NCBI RefSeq assembly: GCF_001194135.2
Contig: NC_068986.1
Location: forward strand, 37,756,761-37,820,760
Origin: Octopus bimaculoides
Taxonomy: Eukaryota
Direction of reading: 5' to 3'
Length of the DNA stretch: 64,000 bases
Position 1 is the stretch's first letter. Each line of letters begins with the position of its first letter. Under the pieces are notes generated by a model. The model was given only the letters and a program-made list of their open reading frames with translations, was not told the origin of the DNA and searched no databases. Positions 11,836 to 24,700 of the stretch are shown one piece after another. Position numbers and translations under genes: made by a program.

Positions 11836-12062
11836 GGAGGCTTCTACGTGGTCAACAGACATGCTAAAAATAATAGCCAAATATCTTTCGGGTTAAACCC
11901 TGCGTCTTAAAAATTGAAAGGACCCAAAACCAAAGAGGAATTTTCTATAAATCTCTCATTTTCATAACCTATCGCCTTAAAAAAGGAAAGCCAAGTCTAG
12001 AAAAAAAAAACGGATGGTCATGGCTGAAATGTTTTTCCTGGTCTGTTTTGCATAAGCTAAAT
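11836..12062 (+). mobile_element. Unclassified dispersed repeat D
   Basis: Shares ctagaaatagcagccaaatctc..ccgtcttaaaa..ggatggtcatggctg..gctaaacaacaac blocks with 20858, 21509, 27410, 49875 and 54464. Confidence 0.6.
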
Positions 12063-12290
12063 AAAAATTAGTAGACTCATTGGACAATGACCCTTCTATA
12101 CAAAAAGAGAAATGTTACGAATGGTAGAGTCGTTAGAGCAGTTCTTTGCATACATTGCTTTATTCGTTCTCAATCACTGCGCTCTAAGTTCAAATCACCA
12201 CCGAAGCCAGCTTCGCGTTTTATCCTCGATTGTAGTCATTTATTCTTTTCTTTGTAAATTGTTTCTGCAATTCGTAAATTCATGCTTGTC

Positions 12291-12810
12291 TTTATCTTTT
12301 ACTTGTTTCAGTCAGTGGACTGCGGCGATGCTGGGGCACCACCTAGAATAATTTTAGTCGAAAGAATCGACCCCAGTACTTACATTGTTTTAAAACCTGG
12401 TTCTTATTCTATCGCGGTCTCTTTTTGCCGAACCGCTATGTTATGGAGATGTGAATACACCAACACCGTTTTCAAGCAATGCTGGAGGACCAACACAAAC
12501 ATACATAATAAATACATACATACATACATTCACATATATATATATATATANNNNNNNNNNNNNNNNNNNNNNNNNNNNNNNNNNNNNNNNNNNNNNNNNN
12601 NNNNNNNNNNNNNNNNNNNNNNNNNNNNNNNNNNNNNNNNNNNNNNNNNNNNATAGTTTTAGGCTTCTTTCAGTTTCTGTCTACCAAATCCACTCACAAG
12701 GCTTTGGTCGGCCTTGGTTATAGTAAAATACATTTGCTTAAGTGGGGCTGAACCCGGAATTTTGTGGTTGAGAAACAAAGCTTTTACCACACAGCCGCGC
12801 CAGCGCCTGC
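12291..12810 (-). mobile_element. SINE family A, near full length, interrupted by an internal microsatellite and N-gap
   Basis: 3' half at 12291-12500 (acttgtttcagtca..ctgcggc.atgctg..gccgaaccgcta) and 5' half at 12658-12810 (tttcagtttctgtctaccaaatccactcacaaggctttggtcggcc..ttaccacacagcc). Confidence 0.9.
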
Positions 12811-14643
12811 GCCGCTTCTCACATAGTTTCACATTGACGTTGCCTGAAAATTGCACTGAGTGTATATATTCAGCCACTTACTCGATAATTTGATGTGGAG
12901 CGATTCTATCGATGAAACACCTTAATCCTCATCATCGAAGCTGGCAGTAAATTCACTGCCGTACAAATAGAGAAGCTGGTTATGAATAGAGCACCTTTGA
13001 TCAGAGATCTGCTGGATCACACCTAGCCTGACGCTAAACAACAGTAAGCAAGATGGCATTTTAATTATTTTGAATATAGGCGTAGAGCCATAGTTTATTG
13101 GTTAAAATAATACTAAATCCAGAAAACATTGAAGAAACGTTAAATTTCCATTTGTTCTGGATAGTTTTATTCTAGTTGAATTATATTTTTGAAAGTTAAA
13201 GTTAGTATTATTACACCCAGTCTAACTCCACAATAGCGATTTCCGTCAGTACCCTGAATAATTTCATGTTTTCTTCTCTGGAAGTCGAGTTTTTTGCATT
13301 CTTTCTTTTTATTTCTTTTTTTTTTTTTTGTGCTATAACTTCAAAAAGTAGTAGGACCGTAATATACTTTCAAGAAACGGAATTACAAAAGGAACGTTGT
13401 CTCTTGGCTTAGAATATATTTCTACAATGCACAATTGCACTGAGCAAAGGTTTATGAAATTGGGCGTGTTAAGAGATCTAAATAATATACAGAGATAATT
13501 AGGAGCGTGAGATATATAGCGTGAAGTTTGTTATGGCTTCCTATGGCTGGTCTTAGTATAAGATATCATTTCTTTCAACAAATTTTAACAAAATATGAAT
13601 TCACTATCGTAATCCAAATATGGTGGAAACTGGCTTTAATAGTACATAATTTAAATGTGAAAATAGTTCACGATGAGAAGTCAACGCTTTGTTTGTTTGT
13701 TTTCCTGTGGGAGGTGCCCAGAAGAAATACAAAGTATTCTGTTGTTTTAACTTCCTTAGTCGACAAGCAGCGATAAGATAATATAGTTATCAGACAAAAT
13801 TCAGGGGTGGTGACGAACTGATATGATCTGTAACAGCAGGGTTTTGTTTTCTGTGTGGTACAGGAGGGTTAGAAGTAAAAGGAAGTTAGTGTATCTATGA
13901 TATTTGGTAACCAGTTACAAAACAAATTAGCATTCAAAATGTACAGCCATAAGTAACTAGCATTAAATTAAGCATGAATAAGAAATAACACTTGTTACCT
14001 GTAAATTATGTTTTAAAAAATGGCAAAAAAATAACAGCAATAATATTTCTAATAAATCAAAGCAATATTGATTACCGCTACGATCAATGGTCTCATATTG
14101 CAAGCATTTAGGCTAATCGATATGACAAATATTTCTAACGGATAGGTTTTTTTCGCAGTTGCCTGAAGTTCACTCTGATAGACTTTTTATGTTGAAGGAC
14201 ATGCGTATTAACCGTTGAAATCATATAGTGTAGCAGTAACGTCTTAATGAAATAAAAAGAGTTCTACATCCGCCCCTCATGCTATACATCTCTCTCTCTC
14301 TGACTCTCTCTCTCTCTCTCTCAAGTGGAAACAGGTCTTATAAGGAGTTGATGGCTCAATTCTGAATTGTATCTTGATGAAGGATTATAAGTGTGTGTGT
14401 GTGTATGTGTATGTGTATGAGTGTGTATGTGTATGTATATATATATATATATATATATATACATACATTTCTATTTATATATACACACATATAGGCGTAA
14501 CTAGTGTGGTCATCATAGACGCATTCCTTGTAGGAAACCTCTCCTCACTACCAAGCATAAATCAAGTCGTCTTTCTTTTGCCGAAACCTATGTGAGTAAG
14601 AGGAAGGTGTTTTGGAATAAAATTCTATTTTCTGATGAAACTA

Positions 14644-14706
14644 AAATCGAACTCGCGACCTTACGATCGCGAGCCGAGCACACTAATCACTAAGCTGCGC
14701 AGCTTC
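14644..14706 (-). mobile_element. tRNA-derived SINE head fragment
   Basis: aatcgaactcgcgaccttacgatcgcgag..ctaatcactaagc is the reverse complement of a B-box/A-box head. Confidence 0.65.
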
Positions 14707-15138
14707 ACTGAAATAAACTAATAGCAAGTAATAAAATGAAGAATTACAGATAAATGTTATTCTTGTTTCTCCAACGCTAAACCACCATTCTGCTACAGTT
14801 CTGCCAATAACCAAGACACAGATCTCGTTTACCCTTAGCGAAGTATTGCTCAGGTATTTAGAATAATCCGCTAACCATATTATCTCGCATTCTAAATAAT
14901 AGAGAAAGATATTAATTGGTAGTTTACTGTCGGGTTTTAATTCACCTGTTTATTTTTACCAGTTTCTCCCATCATGTAAACCCGTAGCTAATACTTGCCG
15001 CGCTTTGGGCTCTCAACTTTCGATTGAATGATTAGAAAACCAACACCCACAACCAATTTTTAATAGGAAGAGTGACAGACAGACACAAAGAAAGAAATAT
15101 AGAGGAAGAAAAAGGGATCCGACTCTAGTAAAGTTGTT

Positions 15139-15516
15139 GGCACTCTGTCGCTTACGACGCCGAGGGTTCCAGTTGATCCGATCAACGGAACAGCCTGATC
15201 GTGAAATTAACGTGCAAGTGGCTGAGCAATCCACAGACACGTGTGCTCTTAACGTAGTTCTCGGGGATATTCAGCTTGACACAAAGTGTGACAAGACTGA
15301 CCCTCTGCATTACAGGCACAACAGAAGCAGGAAGTAAGAGTGAGAGAAAGTTGTGGTGGAAGAATACAGCAGGGTACACCACCATCCCCTGCCGGAGCCT
15401 TGTGGAGCTTTAGGTGTTTTCGCTCAATAAACACTCACAACGCCCGGTCTGGGAATCGAAACCGCGATCCTATGACCGCGAGTCCGCTGCCCTAACCGCT
15501 GGACCATTGCGCCTCC
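15139..15516 (-). mobile_element. SINE family B, full length with 13-bp TSD
   Basis: tRNA-like head (ggaggcgcaatggtccagcggttagg..ggtttcgattccc). The TSD actctagtaaagt occurs at 15122-15134 and 15517-15529. Confidence 0.95.
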
Positions 15517-16396
15517 ACTCTAGTAAAGTACTAATACTCTATTAGAAGTATGAATGACAAAGCTGACCCCTGCAGTATTCTACCTCAGTGCACAGAGAAC
15601 CGGAATACCCACAGAATGGCAATCTAGTCAACATTGTAAAAATTTTGGTCAGTTCGCCATCTTACAGAACATGCTTGTCTCTTCTCTCCTTCCTTTTTTA
15701 ATTTACTCACCAAAATACCCGTATTAAATAATTCAAACAATCCTTTCCACCACTCGGTTTGTTCATTTTTTTTTTTACTTCGAAAATTGAAGTACTTACT
15801 GTTGCAATATCACTCGTCATTTCTGACCTACAATCTAGAAGTTAAAAACTAACTAAATAAATGGAGAAAGCTAGTGTAACGTTCATAACATTGATCCATC
15901 ATTTCATCTTTGAAGCAAGTATGAATGTTTATCTATAATTCCCAGTCTCTTTTCTCATGGTTTCTTGTTCAACAGATATGACACAAAAAAATGCTTTATG
16001 ACCCCATGATGCGTATAGTCCTGAAAAATGATATAATTCCTATTGTGACAGTTTTACTTGCGACTTAATACATATAGTTCAGACCCGGATGCCATGTGTA
16101 ATTTAATTTTGAAATGCGATCTAATATGGACTCAGTATCCAGCCAACGTAATATAAACCATCCACGATAAGGAAAGAAGAGGGGAGACTTACTGAAAATA
16201 AAATGAATAATTACAGCAATATAAGCACTTTTTTTAAAGACTTCTTTAGCTGTTTTATTTATCTGCTTGTTACACGTCATAGATATATTCACAAATACAC
16301 AATATGTCCGTGCCTCTATAATACAGCTATGTATGTATCAGGGAAATGTAAATAGGAAAGTGGTCATTGATAAATGCATATACTAATTGTTTTCTT

Positions 16397-16756
16397 GGCA
16401 CTCCGTCGGTTACGATGTTGAGGGTTCCAGTTGATCCGATCAACGGAACACCCTGCTCGTGAAATTAACGTGCAAGTGGCTGAGCACTCCACAGACACGT
16501 GTACCCTTAACGTAGTTCTCGGGGAGATTCAGTGTGACACAGAGTGTGACAAGGCTGGCCCTTTGAAATAAAGGTACAACAGAAACAGGAAGAAAGAGTG
16601 AGAGTACAGCAGGGTTCGCCACCATCTCCTGCCGGAGGCTTGTGGAACTTTAGGTGTTTTCGCTCAATAAACACTCACAACGCCCGGTCTGGGAATCGAA
16701 ACCGCGATCCTACGACCGTCAGTCCACTGCCCTAACCACTGGGCCATTGTGCCTCC
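16397..16756 (-). mobile_element. SINE family B, full length with 15-bp TSD (one mismatch)
   Basis: Colinear with the 15139 copy except for a deletion of roughly 20 bp. TSD atgcatatactaatt (16374-16388) / acgcatatactaatt (16757-16771). Confidence 0.95.
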
Positions 16757-16892
16757 ACGCATATACTAATTAAATAAGGGTAAATAGCACAGTATCAGAA
16801 TAGTCGTTCTGTTATATTGTGTATTTCACTGTTGTAGTAGGTATGTCAAATTTCGGAGTTCAAATTCTAGTTCCTTTTTTTTTTCATCATAA

Positions 16893-17299
16893 GGCGTAAG
16901 CGTGGTTGTACGGTAAGAAGCTAGTTTCCAAACCACATAGTTCCTGTTTCAGTTCCACCGCGTGGCACCCTAGTTAGGTGTCTTCTACAATAACCTTGGG
17001 CCGACCAAAGCCTTGTGAGTGAATTTGATTGACAGAAACTGAAAGAAGCACGTCGAGTGTGTGCGTGTGTGTGTGTGTGTTTCTGTCTGTTTTTCTCCCT
17101 ACCACCACCGCTTGACAACCGGTCTTGGTGTGTTTACATCCCCGTACCCCAGCGGTTCGGCATAAGAGACTGATAGAATAAGTACCAGGCTTTAAAAAAT
17201 AAGTACTGGGATCGATTCGTTCGACTAAAAAAATTCTTCGAGGTGGTGCCCCAGCACGGCCGCAGTCTGATGACTGAAACAAGTAAAAGACAAAAGATA
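16893..17299 (+). mobile_element. SINE family A, full length
   Basis: tRNA-like head, gtgtcttctac..ccgaccaaagccttgtgagt body, internal (GT)n, 3' half ending gcagtctgatgactgaaacaagtaaaaga. Confidence 0.92.
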
Positions 17300-17399
17300 A
17301 GGAAATTAGTTAATTAACTTCAATAAAATTAGTCAAAGTATTTTCACTTTTCCGTATTCCTTCATAAAACTGGACCAGGAAAAGCAATTATTTACATAT

Positions 17400-17591
17400 A
17401 GGCATAGCTGTATCGGTGCAGGAACGTCTGTGTAGCTATGAAGCTCGCTTTGAAACCATGTGCGTTGGGGTTCGATCCTACTGCACGGTACCTTAATCAA
17501 GCGTCTTATACATTGGCCCAGGGCCGACCATCGTCTTGTAAGTGAATTTAGTAGACAAAACGGTATGGAGACCTGTCATTTATGTGTGTGT

Positions 17592-17627
<36 letters not shown>

Positions 17628-17700
17628 TGTGTGCGTGCTTGCGTGTGTGTGTAGATGTGTGCTCCCGCTTGACAATTGGTGTTCGTTTGCTTACGTCCCT
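17400..17700 (+). mobile_element. SINE family A, degenerate and 3'-truncated
   Basis: ggggttcgatcc B-box, gggccgacca..ttgtaagtgaatttagtagac, then (GT)n, then gcttgacaattggtgtt..ttacgtccc. Confidence 0.75.
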
Positions 17701-17711
17701 TATGCTAGAAG

Positions 17712-17765
17712 TGCAGCTAAGCATTTTGTCTGGCGTGCTAATGATTCTGCCAGGTCGCCACCTTA
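17712..17765 (-). mobile_element. SINE family C head fragment
   Basis: gctaagcattttgtctggcgtgctaatgattctgccaggtcgccacctt. Confidence 0.75.
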
Positions 17766-19194
17766 ACAGAGGTAATAATAATCAAGAACAGAGATATTAT
17801 ATGTTTCATTGTGCAGCAAAATGGCTTTCATATGCTTCATTGTCAATAACGTAGGTATCATATGCCTCTAATCTGTTTACTGTACAGCAACATAATATAG
17901 ATTATACATAAGGTATCTGATACTCTACGCGTCTACCACCATTAAAACCAACGGCTCCACCATTAATTTTTATTTCAGCGATATCATTGGATAATTTGAA
18001 CATCTTTTCCTGTTTATAATTGTCAGTTGAAGTTGCGACAGTTGATATGTCTCACTTGCAACGTAGTTTTTGAATTTAGGTAGTAAAATGAAACTTTAGA
18101 TTTAACAAAAGCCTGAACTTCTGTTAAAATGGCATATGAGGAGAAAAAGATAAATATCGTTGGCAGAAATGTGTCACCAATAAATTCAACAATTTGTCAG
18201 TTCTATGACAAAGTTAACATTGTTTGACCGGCATTCCAAACATGACTGCCTCGCTTTATTTTTATTCCTTTTTTTTTTTTTTTTNNNNNNNNNNTTTTTT
18301 TTTTTTTTTTGTACATTTTCGTTTTCAGAACTACTATACCCATTTTATTAATCCATTTTTGTAAGCAGTAGTATACTATTCGAAGTAAGTTTGGCTGCCA
18401 TTTATAGCAAGTTGAACAACCGTGTGAGACTCCTTAATTAGAGCTGAACTGGAGCACGCAATAACAACAGCAAATTTTCACCACAACACTAATAACAACA
18501 ACATTTATATTATAGCAAAGTTGTTTCGAAGAAATTCCTAACATTAATGGTAGTTTGAATATGAAAATAGCAGTCATTATTTTACCATTTTCTTTCAAAC
18601 TTTTAAATCTCTGCTGCCCTACCACCGCGCCATTTCTTTGTAACTTCATAACGTATTAAGATCGCGCATCCATTTTCGTTTGAAAACTAATTCTCCAGTT
18701 ATATTTTATCGTCTGTTAGAAATGTTTTTTAATGTTTTAAGCTTGTTAGATATTTGTTTGACATTCTCGCACATATTTTAGAGTCACGAGGAAAAAATAC
18801 AATTATGGTGCTGTGAAAGTTGGTCACGAATTCGTCTTGTATCTCATGCTGTTTCTCCTGATATCTCCGAATATCCTTTTACAGCATAGAAACAGAATAA
18901 AACCATCCCATATGGTAATCATTGAAGACAGAGCTTAGAGTTTTAAGAAATGGGGGGAGGGAACAAAGGAAGAGAGAGAGAAAAGGATAGAAAAATATGG
19001 CGGGAAAGAGATTAGTTGCGGTATCTAATTTGAGTGGGGGGTGGGGTGCTGTTCGTTTTACTTGCTGCTTACTCGTTGACAAATCGACATTTTCAGATTA
19101 TCCTTTCCCTTAAATCATGTCTGGGTGACGTAACATTATCTTTGCCATATCGTAATTTTGTCATACTTTCTCCCTATTCGTCTTCCATTTACGC

Positions 19195-19470
19195 ACACAT
19201 ACGTATATGTAAATACACACACACACATGCACACACACACACACACACATATATATATAAGTATGTGTGTGTACGTATGTATGTATATAGATAGATACAT
19301 ACATACATACATACATACATACATAGATATATACACACACACACACACAAGCACACACACACATGCTTGCGCGTTATCTGCGTATTTACATACACAAGCA
19401 TATATACATACATACATACATACATACATACATACATACATACACACATACATACATACATACATACATG

Positions 19471-19533
<63 letters not shown>

Positions 19534-19535
19534 GC
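19195..19535. repeat. (CA)/(TACA)n microsatellite complex
   Basis: Seen directly in the sequence. Confidence 0.95.
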
Positions 19536-19929
19536 AGACACACATAAACTCAAAAGGTTTTCGCGCTTAAGTTGTTTACACTTCTTTTACAGCCTGAACC
19601 TCGGCTCACTGTCTCACTTGAATCTAATTGTATAAGTTCAGAAGGATTATAGTTACAATTTGCACGGCTAGGAGGCGCTGAAACGGAATGTATTGGGTTA
19701 CAAACGCTGTTGAGTTGATAGTTTTCTGTAAAACATAATGAAATACAACAGCATTAACAGACATTCCATGTTTCCTCCAAATCTTTCTTGCTTTAAATTT
19801 ACTCCTTCTATATTTTTCTTTAACTCAAAAGTTATGTAACTATACTACAAAGCACAGTTAAAACTCCTCTTCACTTTCTTGGTTCACATCATATGAAAGT
19901 CGATTTGTCTCCCATTCTTTCTGGGTCGG

Positions 19930-20030
19930 GAAAATAATGTACCAATTAAGAACTCAGTCGATTATGATCGATTATCTTCCACCTGCCCACCCCACCACCA
20001 AATTTGAGGCCTTGTGTCTACATTAGAAGT
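19930..20030 (+). mobile_element. SINE family C, 3' part
   Basis: gggtcg..aaataa.gtacca..ccaaatttgaggccttgtgtcta is the reverse complement of the C tail seen at 63261. Confidence 0.6.
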
Positions 20031-20857
20031 CAATGTCTCCTTCGTTCAACTCGCATCCCAGATCTCTGACCCCTCTATTGTCTTCTCTTGGCCATTCCTC
20101 TTTCACATCTCAATTCACCACCACCTCCAATATCATCCCTTCTCACAACCCTCCAACGACTTCAATTTCTTTTTCGTTCTCATATCTTTAACTCAAATGA
20201 CACCAATACTTTTCATCTTTTCTTCACTCACGACAAAAGACGAAGACTCGAAACGTCAGTACATTCATTAATATTGCCCTAAAATTCTGTATGTTATAAT
20301 CTTTCTGTTATTTTTTCCCTTTGTATCTCATTGCAACCTTACTTGTTTTGTCTTCATCGGAAGTTGTTGTATAGAAAGAAACGTTTTCTGGAGGATGTTT
20401 CTTTTGTTCCTTGCCAGCCATGGCTATGCAGTTAAGAAGTCGGAAGTCACACTCACAAGTACACGTTTCGAGCCCAGTTCTTGGCAGTTTAGTTAAATGT
20501 GTATCACGGTGGCTTGAGAGGATTAAAATTTTTAAGTGAAGTTTGGGAGACATAAACTGCGTGGAAATTCGTCGAAGGGACCATTAATTATGAAGGAGTT
20601 TTGTACTCAATCCGCCACTTATTTTAATACCAACAAATGGCTTTCAGTGTATCTTTAGCAAAGTTTATTTTGTAGCAAACATTCAGTTCTTGTCTCCGGT
20701 CTAAAGACAAATTTCTTCTTCCCTTCTATTCTTCCTCCTTAGATGAAGACATGCTTGTTGGTGTAATTATTATTAGTCCATATTCACATTTACCCACCAG
20801 TAAATGCAAATGAATATTTAATATTTCAATTCATAATTAATACATACTAGTAATTAA

Positions 20858-21070
20858 GAAACTTGTATGTAGTGGCTCGATTCGTTTGATATAGCAGCCA
20901 AGTCTCTTAGAAATTACATTCTACCGTTTTATAAAAAGGGACACATTGAATAACGTAATTCTAGATACATCGTGTCTGGAGAAAAGACATTCTAGTCATC
21001 TCTGGAGCGTCCTTAATCATAAATTTGTTCAATCAGCACTGAACTGAGCCTAAACAACACCAACAATAAT
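20858..21070 (+). mobile_element. Dispersed repeat D
   Basis: atagcagccaagtctc..ctaccgttttataaaaagggacacattgaataa..cctaaacaacac. Confidence 0.65.
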
Positions 21071-21096
21071 CCTTTATATTAAGGGCACAAAGGCTG

Positions 21097-21273
21097 TGTA
21101 GTGTCGACCCCCTTAGGCGAAGAAGTAGGCTCTCCCAAGACATATAAAAAGAGGTAGTCTGGCCGTTGTAGGAGTGTTGAGTAGCAGTTGAGTAGCGGTC
21201 GAGTAGCAGTTGTGTAGCGGTTGAGTAGAGATCATCCAAAGGTACTAGATAGCAGTAGCGTTGAGACATAACA
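21097..21273 (+). mobile_element. Candidate solo LTR inserted into the tail of a SINE C copy
   Basis: Has TG...CA termini (tgtagtgtc vs reverse-complemented end tgttatgtc), flanks ggctg/gcctg (near 5-bp TSD), a TATA-like tataaaaag, and an internal 11-bp repeat ttgagtagcRg x5 (21177-21231). It splits the C-tail motif cacaaggc|ctgaaattt. Confidence 0.55.
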
Positions 21274-21466
21274 GCCTGAAATTTGGGGTAGAGGGATAGT
21301 CGATTACATATAGACTCCAGTGCTCAACTAGTACTTATTTTATCGACCCCGAAAGGGTGAAAGGCAAAGTCGACTTCGGTAGAATTTGAACTCGGAACGT
21401 AAGGGCGGACGAAATGCTGCTAAGCATTTTGCCCGGCGTGCTAACGGTTCTGCTAGGTCGCCACCT
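21274..21466 (-). mobile_element. SINE family C, near full length
   Basis: gcctgaaatttgggg..tagtcgattacat..gtacttattttatcgaccccgaaagg.tgaaaggcaaagtcgac..atttgaactc..gcattttgcccggcgtgctaacg.ttctgc. Confidence 0.9.
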
Positions 21467-21508
21467 TATACAACACCAACAATGATAACAATCAAAATCA
21501 AATTCGAC

Positions 21509-21703
21509 AGAGCCTCTTCGCAATCGTCCAATTTGCTGGAAATAGCAGCTAAATCTCCTTAATTTTTTCCCTGTGTTGTACTATCAAAATGAAGAATGCA
21601 TTGGACAATTTTATCAAATATACACAAAAAGTCAGTATGGTCATGAGTGGAACGCTTCTTATCATATGACCGGTCGATCATTGCTGACTTGATGTTAAAC
21701 AAC
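21509..21703 (+). mobile_element. Dispersed repeat D
   Basis: tgctggaaatagcagctaaatctcc..gcattggacaat..atggtcatgagtggaacgc..gatcat..gctgactt..ttaaacaac. Confidence 0.6.
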
Positions 21704-24700
21704 TGCAATGACGACAAATATTAAGTCTGAAATTAAGCATATTTGGACTTACTAATAAACCAAAAGCGGTAAGCATAATCCATTGCCCCGTAGAGAAACA
21801 CCACCAGGTTCTTGAATGCCTATAGCGGCGTCTACTCTGTGGCAAACATTAGTCTCTGGTTTGGCTTTCCACCAGTTGGGGTAGTCCCTTTAAATGGTCA
21901 TGGGCACCACCGTTCTTACTGCCAAAACGATAAAAAGAAACATGCCAAGTAGTTAACTTTATAAAATTCCATCCACAAAATAGACAGGAAATTTGAAGAG
22001 CAACAAAATTCAAACTGGAAACTCTCTCGATTCAGCGGCATATATAGACCATAAATCAGAAATCCATTATAGATAATAATCTCTCGGATGTCAACTGCTA
22101 AATACATCAACTTAAAAGTTTTTCTGTTATTAAACAGAGTCTCTGTTTAAGATCCACGATACTATACTTTCCCTTGTGAATGACGGAAACTGATATATAT
22201 ATTTATGTTCTAAATACATGAATATACCAGACATCTCGCAATAACAACCACCAACATTAACAGAATTTTTAACAATTTTCTGATTAACAGTGTATAAATA
22301 ACTGGTATTTACCAACCAACACTTGCTTTCTCTCTCATTCAGTTAAAACCAGCGACAATTTAGTAAGCGAGTTTATAAATCGTTCACGTACGCGGCGTCT
22401 ATCTACACTACTACTGATTTATTCCAATCCCGGTACCCGGGTTTTTTTTTCCTTTTTTTTTTTCTTTCTTAACTGAATGAAAAATAAGCTCAAAAACCTC
22501 GTCGTCAAAAGAATTAAAAAAGCTGCCTCTTCACTCTCATTCCCTCTCTTCCCCTCTCTCGCCACTCCCTCTCTCTGTCTCTATCTATCTATCTATTTAT
22601 CTTTCTCCTAGGCACACATAAACACATAGATTCAAACACGTACACAATTACAGTGTGTTTCGATGTGTTGAAATGTTTCACATTGTGATAAAAAAAAACT
22701 GCTAATTAGTTTGCATAAATATTTTCTCGGCTGAGAGACAAGCTCTGGAAATGCTGAGGAAGCTTTTTTCATCATGTCAAAAGAAAAATGATGCAAATTT
22801 ATTGCCTTTCTAATATTTTATTATGTCTATACTTGAATTACCAAATTAATGATAACATATTTATGACATGATGCGTTAAAAATCAACCAAGAAATATATA
22901 CCTGGAGGAGAAACAAGTGATATCATGCTAATAAATTACTAATAATAACTGTGTTTTTCCGACAAGTACAGGAGACAACACTGAGCATGTCTCAGATTTA
23001 TTTTGACCTCACCAGCTAAAAACAAAGCCTTCACTGTAGTTATTGAAGCAAGATGACCGTATAACTAAGTCTTCAAGATTGAACATGTATATGTTGGAGT
23101 AGAGACTGGCTGTATTTCTCTTCAGAAGTTCACAAAACAAGAAAACTCTTGTTAATATGCTTTATGTGCCAAAGTAGATCATTGTTTTCTTATCTCAGAT
23201 TATCGATTCTTAAAGAACGTATAAGAATGGTCTCTCGTAGGAAACTGATGGAATGCCGACATTTTATGCTTTCGGGAATACTTACGCGAGCAAAAATTAG
23301 GTTTGTTACTGAAAGATACGGAATAAAAAATTTAACGAGAAAGAATAAAGGGAACGCTAGGGTCTGATACCTTATACATCTGGTCATCTGGTAACAAAAC
23401 ATACGACGTTGATGCGTGATATAAAGAGCGTTAATACTGTTTCACTGGAGAGAGCTAAGCGTTCTACTAAGATAAAAGAACCATGTACCAAATTCATGTC
23501 GGCATGTTGTTGCTGGAGGTGGGTGAATTGTGAAAACCAACGATCAGAGACAATTCATACAGGATTATCCCATCATTATTTCTAGGTATCGTATATCTAA
23601 TATATTATCCACGCATATTTAACGAGTCCCAAACTGTTAAATACAAACAAGAAAGATTTTTTGCAAAAAAATATTTCTTCCTTCCCTCCTATTTATGGAA
23701 CAGACAAAATAACATTTTGCCACCATATAATTTTTCTGTCTTTACTCTGGGTGTTGGACAAATTTCGAAAGCTTATTTTAATGTCCTTAAACCCGGAAGT
23801 ATCTCTGCTCATTTTTCAATCCTCATAGGCCATCGCCACCCCTATGAGAAAATCACTGCCTTAAAGCACACCTTCCGTTTAAAAAAAAAAACAAAAGCAG
23901 TTATCAAAGATTATAAGTGGATAATATATTAGATACACGATGCCTGGAAATAAACGGATGATCCTAGCTGAGACGTTTTTGATAATAAGTATTCTTAGTC
24001 GGGGGTGGAACAGGGGCCAGACAACAACAACAAAAACACATCATTCTAAATGAAATGGTTCGTTCTTTTCTGACTTTGTATAACATTAATCCGTCTCACA
24101 AATGAAATAGCATTACGCCTCTTATCTGAAATCTACTTAATCCGAATTTATTTGATCCATATTTCACTTGATCCGAATTCCATTTAGTAGAACACATCAC
24201 GCCTAAAAGATTTATAATTCTTCGCTAAGACCCCCGCCCCCAAGATTTAAACACAGTATATTAATAATTTCATTATCATCCTTACAGATGGCAGCGACAA
24301 CTCTATAACGCCTGTCGTTCTCATTTCAATCAATCCTAGTTTGATCTTTAGATACACATCTCAACTAGCAAATACCTTAAGTGGTTAGATCTTATATTCC
24401 ACTAAAAATAATTGAATTCAATACTTTAACACAGATTTAATCTGAAATCTTTCAAATTTTCTTGTCTTTTATTGTTTAAATTTTTATTCAAAACAAAGTA
24501 TTTCTCTTTTTTTTTTTTGTTTCAACGTCTTCTTGTGTACTTCAAAATGTCCGCCTTTGTTTCAAGATACATCAGCGTTTATGCTTCTGTGTCTTTGTAC
24601 ACACACATACATATGCATTTTGTGTATGGATACATAATACATATTATAAGTGTATGTATGTGTGTGTATACATACAAACATATATATATATATATATATA

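Noticed and set aside
20540-20600. LGDINCV resembling the L1/Tx1 endonuclease GDFN motif
   Set aside because: Isolated motif with no other endonuclease blocks recognisable nearby.
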